From the NCBI GenBank assembly GCA_025351355.1, contig JANXWC010000036.1, positions 24,296 through 88,295 on the forward strand: a DNA stretch of 64,000 nt, given 5' to 3'. The stretch's first letter is position 1. Each line of letters begins with the position of its first letter. Below the pieces are notes generated by a model. That model saw only the letters and a program-made list of their open reading frames with translations, searched no databases and was not told the origin of the DNA. This DNA comes from Hyphomicrobiaceae bacterium (GTDB lineage Bacteria; Pseudomonadota; Alphaproteobacteria; Rhizobiales; Hyphomicrobiaceae). This document shows, one piece after another, positions 10,153 to 20,151 of this stretch. The position numbers and the translations under genes are program-made.

Positions 10153-11268
10153 TTAGTTCTGGACATAAGTGATCTTGCCGTCCGCAGCCTTCTGCCAAGT
10201 GTACATGACATAGTCTGGACGTGTAATATCGCCCTTCTTGTCGTAGCTCAGTTTGCCAATGACGGTACTGTAGGCGCCGCCCTTACGGATCTCCTCGGCA
10301 ACTTTCTTGGCATCATTACTCTTGATGGCGTTAGCAGCGTCAACCACGACTTGCAGCGCTGCGTAGGAATACAGCGTGTAGGCCTCAGGGTCATACTTAA
10401 TCGCCGCAAATTGTTTCACGGCTTCGGCCGCTTCAGGCAATTTGCGCGGATCCGGCGGGAAGGTCATCAGAGTACCGACTACAGCATCGCCACCAATTGC
10501 CGCGAACTCATTTGATGTGATGCCGTCCCCCGACATCATCACGGCTTTGACGCCGCCGTCCTTGAGCTGTCGTGCAATGAGGGCACCTTCCGTATGCAAA
10601 CCGCCCCAGTAAACGATCTCAGCGCCGGATTGTTTGATTTTTGCGACCAGAGCCGAGAAGTCTTTTTCACCGGTGTTGACGCCTTCATACAGCACTTCGG
10701 TTACGCCCTTGGCGTTCGCCGCTTTCTTGGTCTCGTCCGCTAGACCTTTACCATACGTGGTTTTGTCGTGGACGACCGCCAGCTTTTGGCCCTTCAATTT
10801 AGTGGCGATGTAATCCGCTGCAACGGCACCCTGTTGGTCATCGCGGCCGCACGTGCGGAATACGTTCCACAATCCACGCTCAGTAATTTGCGGGTTCGTA
10901 GCGGACGGCGTGATCTGCAGAATACCATTCTCGGCGTAGACCTCAGAAGATGGCATGGTAACGCCGGAGTTGAACGGACCGACGACGAATTTCACGCCCT
11001 CGCCAGCGTATTTGTTTGCAATAGATACACCCTGTTTTGGATCGGACACGTCGTCCGTCATTACCAGTTCGATCTTCTGGCCGTTCATGCCGCCCTTGGC
11101 GTTAATCGCCGCGGCTGCCTGCTCAGCACCATTTCGCAATTGCAAGCCGAACGCCGCGTTCGGACCGGTCAATGGACCAGTCAGGCCAATTTTGATCTGC
11201 GCGTGAGCGGCGCCCGAACACGCCAACAGTGCCGCCACGGCGACACCCGTCCATAGTGATTTAATCAT
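10153..11268 (-). CDS. branched-chain amino acid ABC transporter substrate-binding protein
   Basis: Signal peptide, then IKIGLTGPLTGPNAAFGLQLRNGAEQA, typical of the LivJ/LivK family. Adjacent to livFGMH. Confidence 0.9.
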   Translation of the reverse strand: MIKSLWTGVAVAALLACSGAAHAQIKIGLTGPLTGPNAAFGLQLRNGAEQAAAAINAKGGMNGQKIELVMTDDVSDPKQGVSIANKYAGEGVKFVVGPFNSGVTMPSSEVYAENGILQITPSATNPQITERGLWNVFRTCGRDDQQGAVAADYIATKLKGQKLAVVHDKTTYGKGLADETKKAANAKGVTEVLYEGVNTGEKDFSALVAKIKQSGAEIVYWGGLHTEGALIARQLKDGGVKAVMMSGDGITSNEFAAIGGDAVVGTLMTFPPDPRKLPEAAEAVKQFAAIKYDPEAYTLYSYAALQVVVDAANAIKSNDAKKVAEEIRKGGAYSTVIGKLSYDKKGDITRPDYVMYTWQKAADGKITYVQN

Positions 11269-11400
11269 TGAAGTCCTCTCCCTGACTTAATCGACCCGAC
11301 ACAGAACCGTCTGCCTCGCCGGGATAGGCAGTCCATCACTGCCTCAACCCATGATCCCGCGAAAAAATGGCGAAGTCACGTTGTTTCGTCGGTGGTTGGG

Positions 11401-11778
11401 CTATTGACCCTGATGCTCCCGGGATTTCGTGTTCAAATTGCGGGAGCCGTCAGTAAGAAATGCATACTGATGTCGCATTTGCTGCTGTCGGGTTCGGATG
11501 TAGCCTATTGACCCGGCCGCAACGAGGAAGAGGCAGTCCATAACGTAATTGCGAACGGAAAGAAGAACTTCCTCGAACAGCGCGAAATGAATGAACCTCA
11601 CCGCCAGTCCGATGATCAGCGCGTAAACTAAGCCGTGCCAGAACGGGCGCCATGTTTCGGCAATGGCGCGCCCCGACACATAAGCGGTGCTTGCGCCCAT
11701 GAATACTGAAACGAGCAGAAAGATCCACAGACCGCTAGGTCCTGCAGTATAAACTGAATGGAAGAAGCCCATGCGCAA
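11401..11778 (-). CDS. small integral membrane protein of the liv cluster
   Basis: 125 aa with about 4 hydrophobic helices, located between livF and the binding-protein gene. No catalytic motif. Confidence 0.6.
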   Translation of the reverse strand: MRMGFFHSVYTAGPSGLWIFLLVSVFMGASTAYVSGRAIAETWRPFWHGLVYALIIGLAVRFIHFALFEEVLLSVRNYVMDCLFLVAAGSIGYIRTRQQQMRHQYAFLTDGSRNLNTKSREHQGQ

Positions 11779-11811
11779 GTTCCCAACTTTTCGGAGGATG
11801 CGGGCACTAGT

Positions 11812-12537
11812 TTAGTGTTTGCCGCCCTCTAGATAAGCAGCGCGAATTTCGGGTCGCAACAATAACTCTTTGCCCGTTCCACTCATTGTAATCTGACCGT
11901 TCACCATGACGTAACCGCGATGCGCCAGCCGTAAAGCATGGAAGGCGTTTTGCTCGACGAGAAACACTGTCATGCCATTGCTTTTGTTGAGATCGTCAAT
12001 CACTGCGAAGATCTGTTTGACGATCAATGGAGCGAGCCCCAGGCTAGGCTCATCCAGCATCAGCAACTTGGGTCTGCTCATTAATGCCCGGGCGATGGCC
12101 AGCATTTGTTGTTCACCGCCCGAAAGTGTTCCGCCGCGCTGTTCCAATCTTTCCTTGAGGCGAGGAAAAAGCGTCGTCACTCGCTCAAGATCGCTATTGA
12201 AGTATTTTCCGCCATCTATTTCCGCGCCCATCTGCAAATTTTCGCGCACCGTCATCCGTGGAAATATGCGACGTCCCTCCGGCGATTGAGCTATACGCAA
12301 ATGGGCGATCTGGTGGCTCGCCATTTGCGTTATATCCTGGCCACTGTAGATGATACGGCCTTCCCGCGCGCGCGGTGAGCCGAAGACGGTCATCATCAGT
12401 GTCGATTTTCCGGCGCCATTGGCGCCGATCAGGGTAACAATCTCGCCTTCATTGACCGTCACGTCGACGCCGCGCAGTGCCATGATGTTACCATAGAAGC
12501 TTTTGACGCCCTTTATCTCGAGGAGGGCACCGCTCAT
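11812..12537 (-). CDS. livF: branched-chain amino acid ABC transporter ATP-binding protein
   Basis: Walker A GANGAGKST, signature LSGGEQQML, Walker B LLMLDEPS. Confidence 0.9.
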   Translation of the reverse strand: MSGALLEIKGVKSFYGNIMALRGVDVTVNEGEIVTLIGANGAGKSTLMMTVFGSPRAREGRIIYSGQDITQMASHQIAHLRIAQSPEGRRIFPRMTVRENLQMGAEIDGGKYFNSDLERVTTLFPRLKERLEQRGGTLSGGEQQMLAIARALMSRPKLLMLDEPSLGLAPLIVKQIFAVIDDLNKSNGMTVFLVEQNAFHALRLAHRGYVMVNGQITMSGTGKELLLRPEIRAAYLEGGKH

Positions 12538-13451
12538 CGGATCAACTCCGCTACCACTTGCTCGGCAACCTCAATTTCTTCATCCTCAACGCCGAGGTAA
12601 GCGGCAATCACCCTGGGATCTTTCCGAACGTCTTCAGGACTGCCGTCAGATATTTTGATGCCATACTCAAGTACGATGACATGGTCAGAAATTTCCATGA
12701 CGACAGACATATCGTGTTCGATCAACAGGATCGATGTGGAATGCTCCCGCGAAATTAATCTCAATAATGCGTTCAGGTCGGCACTTTCGCGCGGGTTGAG
12801 ACCGGCAGCCGGCTCGTCGAGGCAAAGAAGCCGCGGCCCCGTGCACATCGCGCGTACGATTTCGAGGCGGCGCTGCGCGCCATACGGGAGATCGCCAGCC
12901 GGATCGTCGGCGCGGTTCATCAACCCAGCTTTGTCCAGCCAGTATTTTGCCAGTTGCACAGCACGCGCCTCCGCAGACCTGTAGCTGCGCACGCCGAATA
13001 ATCCGTAAATAGTAAATCCGGATGCCGCCATCAGGGCATTGTGCTGTGCAACGATCAAGTTCTCAAGCACGGTCATGCCTGCGAACAGACGAATATTTTG
13101 GAATGTCCGCGCCACTTTGGCCTCCGCCGCGATTTGAAAATCGGGCATGCGCTCCAATAAAAAGACGGATTTTCCATTGGTCTCGCGGACGTAGCGGCGT
13201 CCACTTTGCGTAACGGCGGCCACCTCGTCCGCTCCAGCACCGCCGCCAACTAAGGCCATGCGACCGGATGTTGGCTTGTAGAAACCGGTTATGCAATTAA
13301 ATACCGTAGTTTTGCCTGCGCCATTGGGGCCGATCAGCGCCGTTATCTCTCCTTCGCTCGCAATGAAACTCAGATCATCGACGGCGACCAATCCTCCAAA
13401 ACGCATTGACATATGTTCGACGTGCAGCAGAGGCACAGCATCTTTTGGCAT
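12534..13451 (-). CDS. livG: branched-chain amino acid ABC transporter ATP-binding protein
   Basis: Walker A GPNGAGKTT, Walker B LLCLDEPAAG, C-terminal BCA_ABC_TP_C-like tail. 4-nt overlap with livF. Confidence 0.9.
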   Translation of the reverse strand: MPKDAVPLLHVEHMSMRFGGLVAVDDLSFIASEGEITALIGPNGAGKTTVFNCITGFYKPTSGRMALVGGGAGADEVAAVTQSGRRYVRETNGKSVFLLERMPDFQIAAEAKVARTFQNIRLFAGMTVLENLIVAQHNALMAASGFTIYGLFGVRSYRSAEARAVQLAKYWLDKAGLMNRADDPAGDLPYGAQRRLEIVRAMCTGPRLLCLDEPAAGLNPRESADLNALLRLISREHSTSILLIEHDMSVVMEISDHVIVLEYGIKISDGSPEDVRKDPRVIAAYLGVEDEEIEVAEQVVAELIR

Positions 13452-14863
13452 CAGCCGTGCCCTTCCTTGACCAGATCTCCTGAGATGGATTTTTTTTCGG
13501 CGATGAAAAGCGACGGCTCGCGAGTTCCAATCAACCCGCGCGGCTTCCAGATCATCAGAGCCACCATACCAAAACCAAAGATAAGCATGCGGTATTGCGT
13601 CGGATCAAAATTGTTTCCAAAGATTGCTTTGAGCCAATCCAACTCACGCAGAATTTCGGTCCCGCCGACCATCGCGAAAGCTGCAATTGCAACACCCAGT
13701 TGGCTGCCCATGCCACCAAGTACGACTGCCGCCAGAATCACTGCGCTTTCGTTGAAAGTGAAGCTTTCAGGTGAGATAAAATTTTGCCGGGCAGCAAAGA
13801 AAGATCCCGCCATCCCAGCAAATGAAGCGCCGATCGCGAAAGCAGTAAGTTTTGTATTGGTGGTATTGATGCCCAGGCTTCGGCAGGCGATTTCATCCTC
13901 ACGTAACGCTTCCCAGGCGCGTCCTACTGGCAAGCGCCTGAGGCGCATGCTGACCCAATTGGTGAGCAACGCTAGCGCCAGAATGACGTAAAACAGAAAA
14001 ATCGTTCGATGCAGCGGCGTGAATTCCAATCCGAAACGCGCGGCAAATCCGTTATCGGCGGCGGTAAAAGGGAGGCCGAAGAAACTTGGCCGGGGAATGC
14101 CGGAAATACCCGCATAGCCCTTCGTAACGTCGGTCCAGTTAATGAGCACAAGTCGAATAATTTCACCGAAAGCCAAAGTCACGATTGCAAGATAATCGCC
14201 CCGTAACCGCAGAACGGGCAATCCCAAGAGAATGCCCCAGACGCCCGCCAATAGTCCCGCCATAGGTAGGCATACCCAAAAGGCCCAAGGAGACAACCAG
14301 GGCACATATAAGGGGATCACCACTGTCGACAGGAGTGCGTAGGAATAGGCTCCGACTGCATAGAAGGCGACGTACCCAAGGTCGAGCAAACCAGCAAGAC
14401 CGACGACGATGTTCAATCCCCATCCAAGCATTACATAAATCATCACTTGGATGCCAAAATTATCGATCCATTTAATGGATCCGGCGCGGCCAACGAGCGC
14501 CAGCATCAGCAAAGGATATAGGACAAGAAAAACAAGCCCCGCGGTTGCAAAATAGCGGGAAAGGCTTGGCGGTATATGCCAGTTGATTTTGCTCGATATT
14601 TTCGTGCCGGTGCTGGCCAGCGCCAAACCGCCGAAGCGCACCAAAAAGCCGATAGCTGCTGCCAGCAGCGGCCACGTCCACCTCAGTTGCAGAAACGGCT
14701 TGTGGTCAATATCTGAATCGATCCGCAATAGCAGGATGGGAATGGAAAGGCAGAACATCAACGCCGCAAACTTCACCCCCTCACGAACCGCCGTGCCAAG
14801 CTTACCTTCGACGAATTTCGTTTGTCCACGGCCAGTTGTCACGAGGTGATCTATCGATGTCAT
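13451..14863 (-). CDS. livM: branched-chain amino acid ABC transporter permease with N-terminal extension
   Basis: Polytopic membrane protein with core LGWGLNIVVGLAGLLDLGYVAFYAVGAY. 1-nt overlap with livG. Confidence 0.9.
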   Translation of the reverse strand: MTSIDHLVTTGRGQTKFVEGKLGTAVREGVKFAALMFCLSIPILLLRIDSDIDHKPFLQLRWTWPLLAAAIGFLVRFGGLALASTGTKISSKINWHIPPSLSRYFATAGLVFLVLYPLLMLALVGRAGSIKWIDNFGIQVMIYVMLGWGLNIVVGLAGLLDLGYVAFYAVGAYSYALLSTVVIPLYVPWLSPWAFWVCLPMAGLLAGVWGILLGLPVLRLRGDYLAIVTLAFGEIIRLVLINWTDVTKGYAGISGIPRPSFFGLPFTAADNGFAARFGLEFTPLHRTIFLFYVILALALLTNWVSMRLRRLPVGRAWEALREDEIACRSLGINTTNTKLTAFAIGASFAGMAGSFFAARQNFISPESFTFNESAVILAAVVLGGMGSQLGVAIAAFAMVGGTEILRELDWLKAIFGNNFDPTQYRMLIFGFGMVALMIWKPRGLIGTREPSLFIAEKKSISGDLVKEGHG

Positions 14864-14866
14864 TGA

Positions 14867-15826
14867 TCACACCTTTTCGACTTCGGGCCGGCCCATAATT
14901 CCAGATGGCAGGAAAATCAACGTGACAGCTAGAATGGAAAATGCGGCCACATCCTTGTAGTCGATCGAGAAATATGCCGACCAAAGGCTTTCAATCAATC
15001 CGATGATGAGGCCACCGAGAACTGCGCCAGGCAAAGAGCCGATGCCGCCAAGCACTGCAGCGGTGAATGCCTTGACGCCTGGTACGAACCCGTCGGAGAA
15101 GCTGATTATTCCGTACTGGAGCAGATACATCACGCCTGCGACAGCAGCGAGCGCCGCTCCCATGACAAAAGTGATCGAGATTGTGCGATCAACATCGATT
15201 CCGAGAAGTCGTGCCATCTTGCTGTCCTGCTCGCAGGCTCGCTGGGCACGTCCTAGTGGTGTTTTTTGAACGAGATACCAGAACGCAGCTAGCAACAAGG
15301 CTGTGATCGTCATGATAATGATCTGTTTGTAGGCTAACGTAACGCCGAAACCGGCTTTGGTCGGGAATAGGCAGTATTTTGCCGCGCTGGTCGTCCCTGC
15401 AAGGCATAATCCGCCATCTACAAGCGAGACGATCGACTTGTTAGTTGGGCCCTGTACGACTTGAACGAAGTTTGAAAGAAAGATCGACATCCCGATGGCT
15501 GAAATAAGCGGCGCAAGCCTGAATGAGCCCCGCAAAGGTCTGTAGGCAATGCGCTCGATTGCCCAATTCCAGAGCCCAGTAAGCAACATAGCGAGGGCGA
15601 GGACGATGATAAGGGCAAGTACGATTGCGGCGGCGCCTGTTCCAACAATTGGCAGCAACACCATGAGAAGAATGAGTGCGATAAAAGTCGAAAGCATGAA
15701 TACGTCGCCGTGCGCGAAGTTGACCATGCCAATGATGCCGAACACCATCGTGTAGCCAATGGCGATAAGGCCATAGATGGAACCGAGTGTTAGTCCATTG
15801 ATCAACTGCTGGACAAAGTATTCCAT
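14867..15826 (-). CDS. livH: branched-chain amino acid ABC transporter permease
   Basis: MEYFVQQLINGLTLGSIYGLIAIGYTMVFGIIGMVNFAHGD is the canonical LivH N-terminus. Confidence 0.9.
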   Translation of the reverse strand: MEYFVQQLINGLTLGSIYGLIAIGYTMVFGIIGMVNFAHGDVFMLSTFIALILLMVLLPIVGTGAAAIVLALIIVLALAMLLTGLWNWAIERIAYRPLRGSFRLAPLISAIGMSIFLSNFVQVVQGPTNKSIVSLVDGGLCLAGTTSAAKYCLFPTKAGFGVTLAYKQIIIMTITALLLAAFWYLVQKTPLGRAQRACEQDSKMARLLGIDVDRTISITFVMGAALAAVAGVMYLLQYGIISFSDGFVPGVKAFTAAVLGGIGSLPGAVLGGLIIGLIESLWSAYFSIDYKDVAAFSILAVTLIFLPSGIMGRPEVEKV

Positions 15827-15923
15827 CGACCCTCACTGTGCCTTAAATGCGCCCCACCCCGGGGATGCCCGCTCTGTTTGAGATACTGTTTGAGCGTGTG
15901 CAATGATGTCCAGCCACCCAAAC

Positions 15924-17039
15924 TTATCCGAGTGCCTCAACAACAGGCGTATAGCTTAGATTTGAGGCCGCCGCCACGGGTTCGCAGGTTATGTGACCGT
16001 TCCACACGTTAAGGCCATTTCTAAGATGAAAGTCGTCGAGAAGTGCCCTCTTCCAACCCTTATCGGCCAACGCCAGAACATACGGGAGCGTTGCGTTATT
16101 TAGTGCGTAGGTCGAGGTCTTGGGAACGCCGGCTGGCATGTTGGCCACGCAATAGTGAATGACGTTGTCTACGACGAAAGTTGGCGCGTCATGTGTCGTG
16201 GCTTTGGAAGTCTCAGCGCATCCACCTTGGTCGATCGCTACGTCGACCAATATTGAACCTGGTTTCATACCCTTGAGATGAGCACGCGTGATGAGTTTTG
16301 GCGCCGACGCTCCAGGAACGAGGACACCGCCAATTACCAAATCCGCTTCTCGCAGATGACGGTCGATGGCGTCTCGCGTCGAAAAAACTGTCGTTACGCG
16401 AGCGCCGAATTGCGTCCAGATCCGCCGCAATGCGTCAACGGATCGATCGAGTACGATGACCTCTGCCCCCATGCCAACGGCGATACTTGCTGCGTGGGTT
16501 CCGACGACCCCGCCGCCAAGAATAGTAACGCGACCAGGCGGTACGCCGGGAACGCCGCCTAACAATACTCCTAAACCGCCATGTGCCTTTTCAAGGAAGT
16601 ATGCCCCCGCTTGGACAGCCATCCGTCCTGCGACTTCGGACATGGGTGCCAAGAGAGGTAACCCTCCGTTCGCGGAGGTCACCGTCTCATAGGCGATACA
16701 TGTGGCCCCACTTTGGATAAGGCCCAGCGTTTGGACAGGATCTGGTGCCAAGTGCAGATAGGTGAAAAGCAATTGCCCCTTGGACAGTAACGGTATTTCA
16801 GAGGGTTGCGGTTCTTTTACTTTGACGATCATATCGGCCTTCGAAAAGACCTCCTTCGCCGTGCCCATGATGATGGCGCCGGCCTTTATGTAGTCTTCGT
16901 CGCTTGACCCGATGCCTAGGCCAGCGCCGGCCTCTACGAGCACGTTGTGACCGTGAGCGCAAAGCTCGCGAACGCTGGTTGGTGTTAATCCGACGCGATA
17001 CTCGCGAACCTTGACTTCCTTCGGAACGCCAACTTGCAT
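15924..17039 (-). CDS. ald: alanine dehydrogenase
   Basis: MQVGVPKEVKVREYRVGLTP N-terminus and NAD site VTILGGGVVGTHAA. ATG 17039 chosen over the longer ORF start at 17090. Confidence 0.9.
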   Translation of the reverse strand: MQVGVPKEVKVREYRVGLTPTSVRELCAHGHNVLVEAGAGLGIGSSDEDYIKAGAIIMGTAKEVFSKADMIVKVKEPQPSEIPLLSKGQLLFTYLHLAPDPVQTLGLIQSGATCIAYETVTSANGGLPLLAPMSEVAGRMAVQAGAYFLEKAHGGLGVLLGGVPGVPPGRVTILGGGVVGTHAASIAVGMGAEVIVLDRSVDALRRIWTQFGARVTTVFSTRDAIDRHLREADLVIGGVLVPGASAPKLITRAHLKGMKPGSILVDVAIDQGGCAETSKATTHDAPTFVVDNVIHYCVANMPAGVPKTSTYALNNATLPYVLALADKGWKRALLDDFHLRNGLNVWNGHITCEPVAAASNLSYTPVVEALG

Positions 17040-17253
17040 AGTGCTATTCCCATCGATCGTTAGGTGTCGATCAATCCGCCATTCAAACACATCTTAACCG
17101 GCGTGCATCTTTTCTGATGTGCCGGCGTCGCCGACGGACCTACTTGCAGTCATCCGCACAACGATAATAACGCGCGCGAATCTGCGGCGTTTGCCTGATT
17201 ATTGCTTAAGCCACAGCGAGGTGCCCAAATTCGATTTTACCAGAGTGCTGGTG

Positions 17254-17496
17254 TCAAAGCAGGTTGTGGCTGCCATCGCAGAACGGCACATCATCAGAGG
17301 CTTTGCATCCACAAAGATTGTAAGTTGCCGTTGCTTCAACTTTGAACTTGCGTGGTGAAATGCTGGTTGCCTTATGGCTGCCATCGCAGAACGGTTGCTT
17401 GTTTGAGTGACCGCATGCGCACCAGAAATAGTCTTTGCCGGCTTCCAACTCAACTTGAAAAGGGCCCTTTTGGGCAACCTTCGCTTCTTCTGCCAT
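17254..17496 (-). CDS. CDGSH iron-sulfur domain protein (two CDGSH motifs)
   Basis: CACGHSNKQPFCDGSH and CGCKASDDVPFCDGSH within 80 aa. Confidence 0.85.
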   Translation of the reverse strand: MAEEAKVAQKGPFQVELEAGKDYFWCACGHSNKQPFCDGSHKATSISPRKFKVEATATYNLCGCKASDDVPFCDGSHNLL

Positions 17497-17678
17497 GGTT
17501 CCAATCCCTGTTGTTTTGAAGATTTTTTGCCTATGATCTATGTCGTGGTATGATGACGCTTGTCGGCGCTGTCAATCACGCTGCCGTTTAGTCAACGCGG
17601 CAGGGGTGGGTCTTGGAAACTACCTACTGAAACACACCTGGCGCGGATCGAGAAAGTTTGACAGTTTGGGCGTCGAAT

Positions 17679-18137
17679 ATGAAGCGGAATTTTGCACTTC
17701 GTCGTCTGTCCTATTTGCTCATGGCGTTGACCGCGATTTTGGGCGTTGTATCCGGTCCCAAAGCTGGCGGCGTTATTTTGGATGGGCAGACAACGCTGGT
17801 AATGGTTGACGAACTTGGCTGTGTCTATTGCGCAAAGTGGGAACGCGAAGTTATGTCCGGCTACCATGCCAGCGCGGAGGGGAAATTTGCGCCGCTTCAG
17901 CGTTTCCGCTTAGGTTCGCCGTCTTTGGCGGAAATTGGCCAGCTTGCTTACACTCCCACGTTTGTCCTGATCGTGCGGGGCCAAGAGGCAGGCCGTATTG
18001 TAGGGTATGCGGGCGCCGATTTTTTCTGGGCAGAGCTTGATCGGCTATACGGAAAGGCTGGGTTCAAGTTAGACGGCGAGCCTCAGCAAATCCTAGATAG
18101 AAGGGTCGACAGCGGCGGCGCATACCGGCCTAACTAA
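17679..18137 (+). CDS. secreted thioredoxin-fold protein (SoxS-like)
   Basis: Signal peptide MKRNFALRRLSYLLMALTAILG and a CVYC redox motif in a thioredoxin-like context. The ORF opens at TTG 17658. Confidence 0.6.
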   Translation: MKRNFALRRLSYLLMALTAILGVVSGPKAGGVILDGQTTLVMVDELGCVYCAKWEREVMSGYHASAEGKFAPLQRFRLGSPSLAEIGQLAYTPTFVLIVRGQEAGRIVGYAGADFFWAELDRLYGKAGFKLDGEPQQILDRRVDSGGAYRPN

Positions 18138-18140
18138 TTG

Positions 18141-18338
18141 TCATGTACGCCGGAGGTCGCGCTGCAATACTGGCGGCCCCGGAATGGGGATGCACTTGGA
18201 TGTGGTACCGTTCCAAAGGCCGCCTCGGGCACTGCACGCTTCCAATAATCGCATGCGCTGACCGTGCCATAAGGTAAGGACCGCGAGCACGACCGCTACA
18301 GCGAGCGCAATGGTCCATCGGGTTGAAGCGAGCCTCAT
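18141..18338 (-). CDS. small single-pass membrane protein, unknown function
   Basis: 65 aa with one TM helix (WTIALAVAVVLAVLTLW). 4-nt overlap with the upstream peptidase gene suggests translational coupling. Confidence 0.4.
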   Translation of the reverse strand: MRLASTRWTIALAVAVVLAVLTLWHGQRMRLLEACSARGGLWNGTTSKCIPIPGPPVLQRDLRRT

Positions 18339-19360
18339 GGCAACTCGACCAAAAGATGTGCCGAAAACTTATCTCGCCACGCCGGAATTGAACCCGCAAA
18401 TGGCAGTGCTGTCGCTTGATATACACCGCGGGCAATAGCTCTCGCTAAACAATCGCCTGCCGCCATGCCTAGTTCGGTAAGAGCAACATGTTCTGACCCG
18501 ATTGGTAACTGTTTCCGCAACGTGGCACAGGCAAAAACGGTGTCACCATCCATTGATGCGTGGGCGGGCCGAATTGCACGGGCAAGGCCGTCATCGGCCA
18601 TGATGGCGAGACGCTTCACCTGACTTTTGGTGAGAATTGCATCGGTTGCCACAACGGCTATGGTTGTTGACGGAGGTGGCCCGCCGCCTTTGATCCGGAG
18701 CGCAAGGTCATTTGCGTCAATTTGTGCCGGTAAGCCCAGGCCTCCAAATTCACGGCTGATTTCGAACGGTGCGGCCCAGAAATGGGGACCACTACCGATA
18801 GTGGTGGACCCGACCGCATTCACAATTGCTATCGCTCCAACCGTAAAGCCCGAAGCCGTCATTTGACTAGCCGACCCAGTCCCTCCCTTCAATGTCGCAG
18901 TCGTAGCGCCGTAACCGCCGCCAATCGTTCCGAGTTCAAATGCTCCACCGTGAGCCTTCGCCGCAGCTTGCCTTCCAAGTTGCCAGAAGGCTGGATCATT
19001 ACCCCATTCTTTATCGCCGCCGTTGAGTAAATCGAAGATTATTGCTTGCGACACCAACGGCACCAGCGCCGATCCGACACGAAATCCAACTCCGCGCGAG
19101 CGCAGCACGTCCATCACACCGCCGGCCGCGTCCAGGCCAAATGCCGAGCCCCCGGATAGTACAAATGCGTTGATTCCGGTTGCGGTCATTTCCGGTTCCA
19201 GAAATGCTGTATCACGACTCCCTGGCGCGCCTCCGCCGATGACGACCGAAGCTGAATTCGGCTCTTCGACAATAACTACAGTAACACCTGTTGCGCGCTT
19301 CTCATCATGAGCCTGACCGACCGACAATCCGGGTACGTCAGTGATGAAATTTTGCGCCAT
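18335..19360 (-). CDS. P1/S58 family peptidase (DmpA/BapA-like aminopeptidase)
   Basis: MAQNFITDVPGLSVGQAHD...GVTVVI...SGGSAFGLDAAGGVM... pattern of peptidase family S58. ATG 19360 follows GAGGGGA. Confidence 0.8.
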   Translation of the reverse strand: MAQNFITDVPGLSVGQAHDEKRATGVTVVIVEEPNSASVVIGGGAPGSRDTAFLEPEMTATGINAFVLSGGSAFGLDAAGGVMDVLRSRGVGFRVGSALVPLVSQAIIFDLLNGGDKEWGNDPAFWQLGRQAAAKAHGGAFELGTIGGGYGATTATLKGGTGSASQMTASGFTVGAIAIVNAVGSTTIGSGPHFWAAPFEISREFGGLGLPAQIDANDLALRIKGGGPPPSTTIAVVATDAILTKSQVKRLAIMADDGLARAIRPAHASMDGDTVFACATLRKQLPIGSEHVALTELGMAAGDCLARAIARGVYQATALPFAGSIPAWRDKFSAHLLVELP

Positions 19361-19417
19361 CCGCTTCCCCTCGTGCATGCCGAGCGCAGCATTCAGGCTG
19401 GCTTGCTCAATGATAAG

Positions 19418-19942
19418 TCACGGTTTTCGAAGGAACGCGACCTGTAACAGCACGGTTGGAACAATTTCACGCGATGTTCCGTACGAAGCCACGACAAATC
19501 CCAAAGCTGAAAAGAGCGGCACGACCGAAACCGGTACGGTCGCCATGAAGCGATCATATCCGTTGCTCTTGCCGTCGCTTATCACATCATCCAACAACTT
19601 TTGACCGATACCGCTGTTCTGAAATAAAGGCGCGACAAACAAACCGCTAATACGCGCGGCGGTGCCGCTGTCGTCGTTTGGACTCCATGCACAAGTTGCG
19701 ACTATATCTCCGTTCAGAACCGCGACATGAACCGACTTGCGAAAAAGCTCGCCGATATATTCAGCGGTGTAAACGAACTTCGTTGCGTTTGCGATGTCGG
19801 ACTGATCCAGCAAGTTGTCGCCGAGGGATCGGATCGCCGAAGATTGAACATGTCGGATCGTAGAATAGTCATCAATTCCAGCGCGTCGAAACAAAAGACT
19901 TGGACCGCCAGGTCGTCCATCAGATGTCGAGCGAATTGACAT
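19418..19942 (-). CDS. GNAT family N-acetyltransferase
   Basis: Acetyl-CoA motif A region LFVAPLFQNSGIGQKLL. The ATG 19942 start is preferred over TTG 19975. Confidence 0.75.
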   Translation of the reverse strand: MSIRSTSDGRPGGPSLLFRRAGIDDYSTIRHVQSSAIRSLGDNLLDQSDIANATKFVYTAEYIGELFRKSVHVAVLNGDIVATCAWSPNDDSGTAARISGLFVAPLFQNSGIGQKLLDDVISDGKSNGYDRFMATVPVSVVPLFSALGFVVASYGTSREIVPTVLLQVAFLRKP

Positions 19943-20151
19943 AGTTCCAAGTGTCCCCCGACAAGTCTCGGCCAAAAAAAGCCCAGCCAGTCGATATATT
20001 GCCCCACCCGCGTGAATACAGGCAGTTACAATCGCTTCCCTGTGTCAAGCAATAAACAGGTGTGTTGCCATTCACAAAGACGCGACCAGAACGGTGAGGC
20101 AACCCGCCTTCCTGCCTCATTTAGGTCAATTGCAAACGCGGTTTGAACCGC

